DNA from: Alphaproteobacteria bacterium
GTDB taxonomy: Bacteria > Pseudomonadota > Alphaproteobacteria > RF32 > CAG-239
Length of the DNA: 32,375 nucleotides
Assembly: GCA_017960745.1 (NCBI GenBank)
Contig: JAGCYN010000071.1
Location: 1 to 32,375, forward strand
Direction: 5' to 3'
Below the pieces are notes generated by a model. It did no database searches and had not been told where the DNA came from. It worked only from the letters and a program-made list of their open reading frames with translations. How positions within the stretch are numbered: position 1 is the first letter of the stretch; the number at the start of each line of letters is the position of its first letter. Both the position numbers and the translations under genes were made by a program. Positions 28,182-32,375 of the stretch are shown piece after piece.

Positions 28182-28631
28182 ATGACAAAAGAACGCGTTA
28201 TAGCTGCCTGTGCCGTATTATTCGCTGCCGGTGTTTTTGTCGGTTGTATTTGTAATTGTAATCGTATCGCAACAGTTGATGTTGTTGCTGTTGTTTCTAA
28301 ATCTCCGGCCGTTCAGGCTCTTAAAAATGAGCAGAGCGTTAAGGCTCAGGAATTGGCTGCATGGTTGAAAAATGCCGAAGCGGAAGTAGAAAAAGAATCT
28401 GATAAAGCAAAGAAAGAAGAAATGTTGCAGCAGTATCGCGCAGAATTTGCTCAAAAGAGAAACGCTGTCAGCGAAAAATACAATCAAGATCTTCAAGCTA
28501 TTGACAGCAGCATTTCCCAAACAATTACCGAAGTTGCCAAGAAGAAAGGTTACAAAATCGTTCTGAACAAGAGCGAAGTTTTGTCCGGCGGCACTGATTT
28601 GACGGAAGAAATTGCTAAAGCTGTAAAATAA
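28182..28631 (+). CDS. OmpH/Skp family chaperone
   Basis: N-terminal signal or anchor, IATVDV..V, coiled coil and VAKKKGY.IVL......GG.DLT. Confidence 0.85.
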   Translation: MTKERVIAACAVLFAAGVFVGCICNCNRIATVDVVAVVSKSPAVQALKNEQSVKAQELAAWLKNAEAEVEKESDKAKKEEMLQQYRAEFAQKRNAVSEKYNQDLQAIDSSISQTITEVAKKKGYKIVLNKSEVLSGGTDLTEEIAKAVK

Positions 28632-28654
28632 TCGTTTATTTTATGCAAAACTAT

Positions 28655-28685
28655 AAGCGGCATCTTAACGGATGCTGCTTTTTTT
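28655..28685 (+). terminator. Rho-independent terminator
   Basis: AAGCGGCATC-6 nt-GATGCTGCTT followed by a T tract. Confidence 0.75.
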
Positions 28686-29309
28686 ATTGGTGTGAAACGG
28701 TTTGTAGCAGATTGTTAACAAAACGCCTTGCTCGTTATCGCCGGTAGCGGGATTTTCGGCCTCGGTCGCTAAGTTGTAGCGGAGTTTGCCGAAGCGACGC
28801 GAAATATAACCCTGGCCGTCGCGATAGGCATAATACTGCAAAGAACCGGCGTCGGCAAACATTCTGACATAACCGCCGATTTGGTCTTTGGCTTCTTCCT
28901 GAGCCCAATAATAAATATGGCTCTCATCAAACCAAATATTCATCGCTTTCATCATCTCATCATCGCGTTTGCCGTAAATGGAAACGTCGTCGGTTTGTTG
29001 ATGGTAGAGCAGTTGTGCCAGACGCTGTAAATCTTGTCCGGTCGGCAGATTTGTGATATGGCCGCAAGCCTTGGCGGCACCGGCCAAATAATCGCCGTCA
29101 TGAGGACAATAGCGTAAGCCGAGGGAATCTTTTAAGCTTTGGCATTCTTGTTGGCTGAGCGGCTCGTAGGTCACCAGTTCTAACTCGTTTTGCGGCGCCG
29201 TGTGATGTTGCGGATGCAACATACCGACGATATGCCGATGTCCCGAAATACTGGCACAAACAGTTAATATAAAGCCTATGCAAAAAGCAATAACAATTGT
29301 TCTAGGCAT
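28665..29309 (-). CDS. Exported/membrane-anchored hypothetical protein, possible C-type-lectin-like (DUF1566-like) fold
   Basis: N-terminal hydrophobic helix, A..ACG...LPT..DL..L, YYW..E and a terminal ..IC. Confidence 0.7.
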   Translation of the reverse strand: MPRTIVIAFCIGFILTVCASISGHRHIVGMLHPQHHTAPQNELELVTYEPLSQQECQSLKDSLGLRYCPHDGDYLAGAAKACGHITNLPTGQDLQRLAQLLYHQQTDDVSIYGKRDDEMMKAMNIWFDESHIYYWAQEEAKDQIGGYVRMFADAGSLQYYAYRDGQGYISRRFGKLRYNLATEAENPATGDNEQGVLLTICYKPFHTNKKSSIR

Positions 29310-29312
29310 ATT

Positions 29313-30116
29313 TTATTTCTTCTTTAATAAGTCGCTGACTTTGGCGATGACATCATCGCTGACATCAATAACGTATTTGGTGGTGGCGGCAATAGAACGA
29401 AAATGGAAAATTGCCGGTGCGTTTTTATCTTTGGCAACTTCCGCCAACGCCTTATTGATGTGGTCAGAAATTTCGGCCATTTCCTTTTCATGATTCAAGA
29501 TAAGTTCATCTCTTTTCATAATCAGGCTTTTCAAATAAACGTCCGAAAAATCTTCGTTAACTTTTGATTTTTTCAAACCGGATATTTTTTTCTTGGCTTT
29601 TTCAACTTCATCGCCGAGTTTGAATATCTGTTCTTCAAAATCTTTTTGAATGGCAACCAAGTCGGAGGCGGCAACCACCTTTTCCAAATTGAATACATAA
29701 ATAGGTTTAATGTCTTCTTCAACGGTTGCAACGGTTTGGGTTTGTTGATGCAAGTCTTGAATTTGTTTTTGCAACTTTTTATACATCGACGCACCGCCGG
29801 CAATGGCCGCAATTAAGGCAATACTCAAAATCCACAACAAAACGGTCTGTCCTTTGCCGCTATTTCCGTCTTTTTTAACACTGGAAACGACTTTTTGTGC
29901 TTTGCTTTCCGCTTTAGCTGCCAACTTGGAAACAGTCTTCAGCGCCGCTTTTTCGACCGATTTAACCGCTGCTTTTACATTTGTTTTTACAGCCAGTTTG
30001 GCTGCCGGTTTAGCCGTCGGTTTAGCCGCCGGTTTGGCTGCCGGTTTGGCTGCCGGTTTGGTTGTTGTTTTAACCGTTGATTTTGTTGTTGTTTTTTTGT
30101 TATTAGCCTGAGCCAT
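29313..30116 (-). CDS. Membrane-anchored Skp/OmpH-like protein with N-terminal Lys/Ala/Pro-rich histone-like tail
   Basis: KPAA repeats, a single TM helix, coiled coil, IYVFNLEKV and ALAEVAK......F.......IDVSDDVI. Confidence 0.75.
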   Translation of the reverse strand: MAQANNKKTTTKSTVKTTTKPAAKPAAKPAAKPTAKPAAKLAVKTNVKAAVKSVEKAALKTVSKLAAKAESKAQKVVSSVKKDGNSGKGQTVLLWILSIALIAAIAGGASMYKKLQKQIQDLHQQTQTVATVEEDIKPIYVFNLEKVVAASDLVAIQKDFEEQIFKLGDEVEKAKKKISGLKKSKVNEDFSDVYLKSLIMKRDELILNHEKEMAEISDHINKALAEVAKDKNAPAIFHFRSIAATTKYVIDVSDDVIAKVSDLLKKK

Positions 30117-30129
30117 TGATTATCCTTTC

Positions 30130-30170
30130 AAAAAAAAGAAAGCTTGGGTGCCTTCCGACACCCAAGCTTT
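30130..30170 (-). terminator. Rho-independent terminator of the adhesin gene
   Basis: 12-bp stem AAAGCTTGGGTG/CACCCAAGCTTT with a T tract on the minus strand. Confidence 0.85.
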
Positions 30171-30180
30171 GAGGAAACAA

Positions 30181-32375
30181 TTACCAAGAATAGGTAACAC
30201 CCATACGGTAAGTTGCTTCACGATTGTCATAAGCGACACCTGCGTTGAACAGGAGGTTATCCGTGAACCAGTGGAAACCACCGATTGCCATAGCCCCATG
30301 TCCTTTGTAAGCACCGGTACCGATTGCGAGCTGAGTATTACCCGTAGCTCTTGCGTTCGGTTGCAATGCAGACAAAGCAGCTGCCGAAGCCATACCACCT
30401 TCGAAGTGGTGACGTAATCTTCTGACTTCGTGATCTAAGTCATACAAGCCTGTATCCAAGCTTCTGACCGCATCGGTCAGGTTGGTAGCTTGTGATGCAT
30501 AGTGCGTTTCGCTCAACTTAGAAACATCGCCGATAACGGTGTTCAAGCTGGCAATATTTTGGTTAACCGTGTTGGTAGCCACAACATTGTTGATAGCTTC
30601 ACCCAAGTCGCCGGCCGTACCGATGTTGGAAGCGATTTCTGTCAAAGCAGTAACCACATCCGAACCGGCAGAAGCCGTATAACCGTTAGAAGCAGCAGTG
30701 TTGTTGTACAATTGACGATCACCGATAGCTGCATCAAGAGATGTCAAGTGAGCTTCAACAGTAGCAGCATTACCTGTTTGCAGGTTGCCCTTGTAGTCGT
30801 TACCCAACTTCTCAGCCAAGCCGTGGATCACACCGAGTGTCGCATCGATATTGTCCAAAGCCTCAACAACAGTTGCCGGATTGGTGTCACCACCGTTCGA
30901 CAAGTTCTTGTTGACGTTCTGGAGGCTTGCAACATCACCGATACGTGTATTAATCGCATCAATGTTAGCGTTAACCGAGTTGGTCGCGAGAACTTCGTTG
31001 TTGAATACGGTTACAGCTGTACCAATGTTGCCGTCGAGTTGTTCGATAGCTTCTCTCAGGGAGATACCTGTGGTCAGACCATCGTAATCAACGGCAGTAG
31101 CCTTGGTGTAAACTGTTGTTGCGGCACCTGTCGTAGCGTCATAAGTAACGCCGGTAGCTGCCTTAACGTTTTGAGACAACGAATCGATTGCATCAGCAAC
31201 ATTTTGAGCACTGGTTACGCCGTTCGCATCATCAGCCAAACCGGCCAAATCGCCAACTGTTGCAGCAACCGTTGCCAAAGTAGCCATGGTTTCTTTTCTG
31301 GCTTGCGTTGTCGCATCACCATCAACAATAGCTGTACCTTGGTCAATCGAGTTCACTTTAACACCATCGGCATCGCCGTTGAATGCTAAAGAAGTACCCT
31401 TGATGTTACCTGTTTCATCAACAGAGAACGTTGCACTACCGTTAGCAAATTCTTTAGCGGTCATTTTACCTGCGGCGATTGTGTCACCTGTAGCGCTATC
31501 AACAGTGAATTTATCGGTTACAGCAAAGTCGCCACCAAGTTGTGTATTGCCATAGATTGCAGTATCACCGGCAACAGACAACTTGCCACCGACATTGGTG
31601 TCACCTGTATCACCATCAACAGTAAACTTATCGGTTACAGCAAAGTCACCACCGAGCTGCGTATCGCCATAGATGGCTGTGTTACCATTACCATCAACAG
31701 TGAACTTACCGGCTGCGGCAGAGAATGTGCCACCAACAGCTGTGTTACCTGTAGCACCTTCAACAGTGAACTTATCGGTTACAGCTAAGTCACCGCCAAG
31801 TTGTGTATTGCCATAGATTGTAGTATCACCGGCAACAGACAACTTGCCACCGACATTGGTGTCACCTGTATCACCATCAACAGTGAACTTATCGGTTACA
31901 GCAAAGTCACCACCGAGCTGCGTATCGCCATAGATGGCCGTGTTACCGTCTTTATCAACAGTGAATTTACCGGAAGCAGCAGAGATATTGCCCTGCGAAC
32001 CTACAGCGAATTCTGTACCATTAGCGCCGGCACCTAATGCACCTTTGATCTTGGTATTGCCGTCTTTATCGACTTTGAATTCACCGTTAGCGGCAGAAAT
32101 TGCGCCATTTCCGTCAACCTTAAACTTACCATCGGCAGCAGACATTGAACCGTCAGCAGCAGTGATAGTGAAGTAATCACCAACTGTGGTGTCGCCTTCG
32201 ATATCCATCGTACCTGCAACAGTGGTATTGCCATCGCCGTCAACCGTGAAGTTACCATCGGCGGCAGACATAGAACCATCAGCAGCAGTGATAGTGAAGT
32301 AATCACCAACTGTGGTGTCGCCTTCGATATCCATCGTACCTGCAACAGTGGTATTGCCATCGCCGTCAACCGTGA
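30181..32375 (-). CDS. Trimeric autotransporter adhesin (YadA-like anchor), 5' end outside the window
   Basis: Frame is open to the window edge. G/D/T-rich beta repeats, coiled-coil stalk, GG.ASAAALSAL, four beta-strands and terminal YSW. Confidence 0.9.
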   Translation of the reverse strand, partial: TVDGDGNTTVAGTMDIEGDTTVGDYFTITAADGSMSAADGNFTVDGDGNTTVAGTMDIEGDTTVGDYFTITAADGSMSAADGKFKVDGNGAISAANGEFKVDKDGNTKIKGALGAGANGTEFAVGSQGNISAASGKFTVDKDGNTAIYGDTQLGGDFAVTDKFTVDGDTGDTNVGGKLSVAGDTTIYGNTQLGGDLAVTDKFTVEGATGNTAVGGTFSAAAGKFTVDGNGNTAIYGDTQLGGDFAVTDKFTVDGDTGDTNVGGKLSVAGDTAIYGNTQLGGDFAVTDKFTVDSATGDTIAAGKMTAKEFANGSATFSVDETGNIKGTSLAFNGDADGVKVNSIDQGTAIVDGDATTQARKETMATLATVAATVGDLAGLADDANGVTSAQNVADAIDSLSQNVKAATGVTYDATTGAATTVYTKATAVDYDGLTTGISLREAIEQLDGNIGTAVTVFNNEVLATNSVNANIDAINTRIGDVASLQNVNKNLSNGGDTNPATVVEALDNIDATLGVIHGLAEKLGNDYKGNLQTGNAATVEAHLTSLDAAIGDRQLYNNTAASNGYTASAGSDVVTALTEIASNIGTAGDLGEAINNVVATNTVNQNIASLNTVIGDVSKLSETHYASQATNLTDAVRSLDTGLYDLDHEVRRLRHHFEGGMASAAALSALQPNARATGNTQLAIGTGAYKGHGAMAIGGFHWFTDNLLFNAGVAYDNREATYRMGVTYSW
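31501..31973 (-). repeat. Intragenic duplication with 261-bp period
   Basis: 31501-31712 is near-identical to 31762-31973. Confidence 0.85.
32127..32375 (-). repeat. Intragenic tandem repeat with 126-bp (42-aa) period
   Basis: MDIEGDTTVGDYFTITAADGSMSAADG unit repeated. The window ends inside the array. Confidence 0.9.

Noticed and set aside
30502-31389. 295-aa plus-strand ORF
   Set aside because: Antisense shadow of the biased-codon adhesin.
31501-32375. Possible CRISPR array
   Set aside because: The repeats are in-frame coding duplications without unique spacers, and there are no cas genes.

Overview
Accessory-rich window from a Gram-negative bacterium, judged by the Skp/OmpH proteins, an 8-stranded OMP and a trimeric autotransporter. 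The gene style suggests an uncultured gut alphaproteobacterium, but this is only an inference. No rRNA, complete tRNA, CRISPR array, integrase or transposase was found. Left part: three tandem paralogues of an uncharacterised repeat family; an AT-rich GDPD gene bracketed by tRNA-3'-end-like direct repeats; a HEXXH + HD + P-loop kinase operon; LicD/IspD(TarI) and a glycosyltransferase-deacetylase fusion. Middle: PepF, SemiSWEET, Maa, an OMP, then NADAR, MccF-like S66, NUDIX and GNAT genes. The best candidate for an undescribed system is the tightly coupled minus-strand operon at 27051->20775. It encodes a kinase-fold protein without the catalytic Asp, two HIT paralogues (one His-less), a viperin-like radical SAM enzyme, a group II PLP decarboxylase, an HD hydrolase and a small protein, followed by an MFS transporter. 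It converges on a block of nucleotide-adduct detoxification genes and looks like a biosynthetic cluster for an exported modified nucleoside or nucleotide. Right end: a MORN protein, two Skp-like genes and a truncated YadA-type adhesin. All family calls come from motif recognition by eye, not from database searches.
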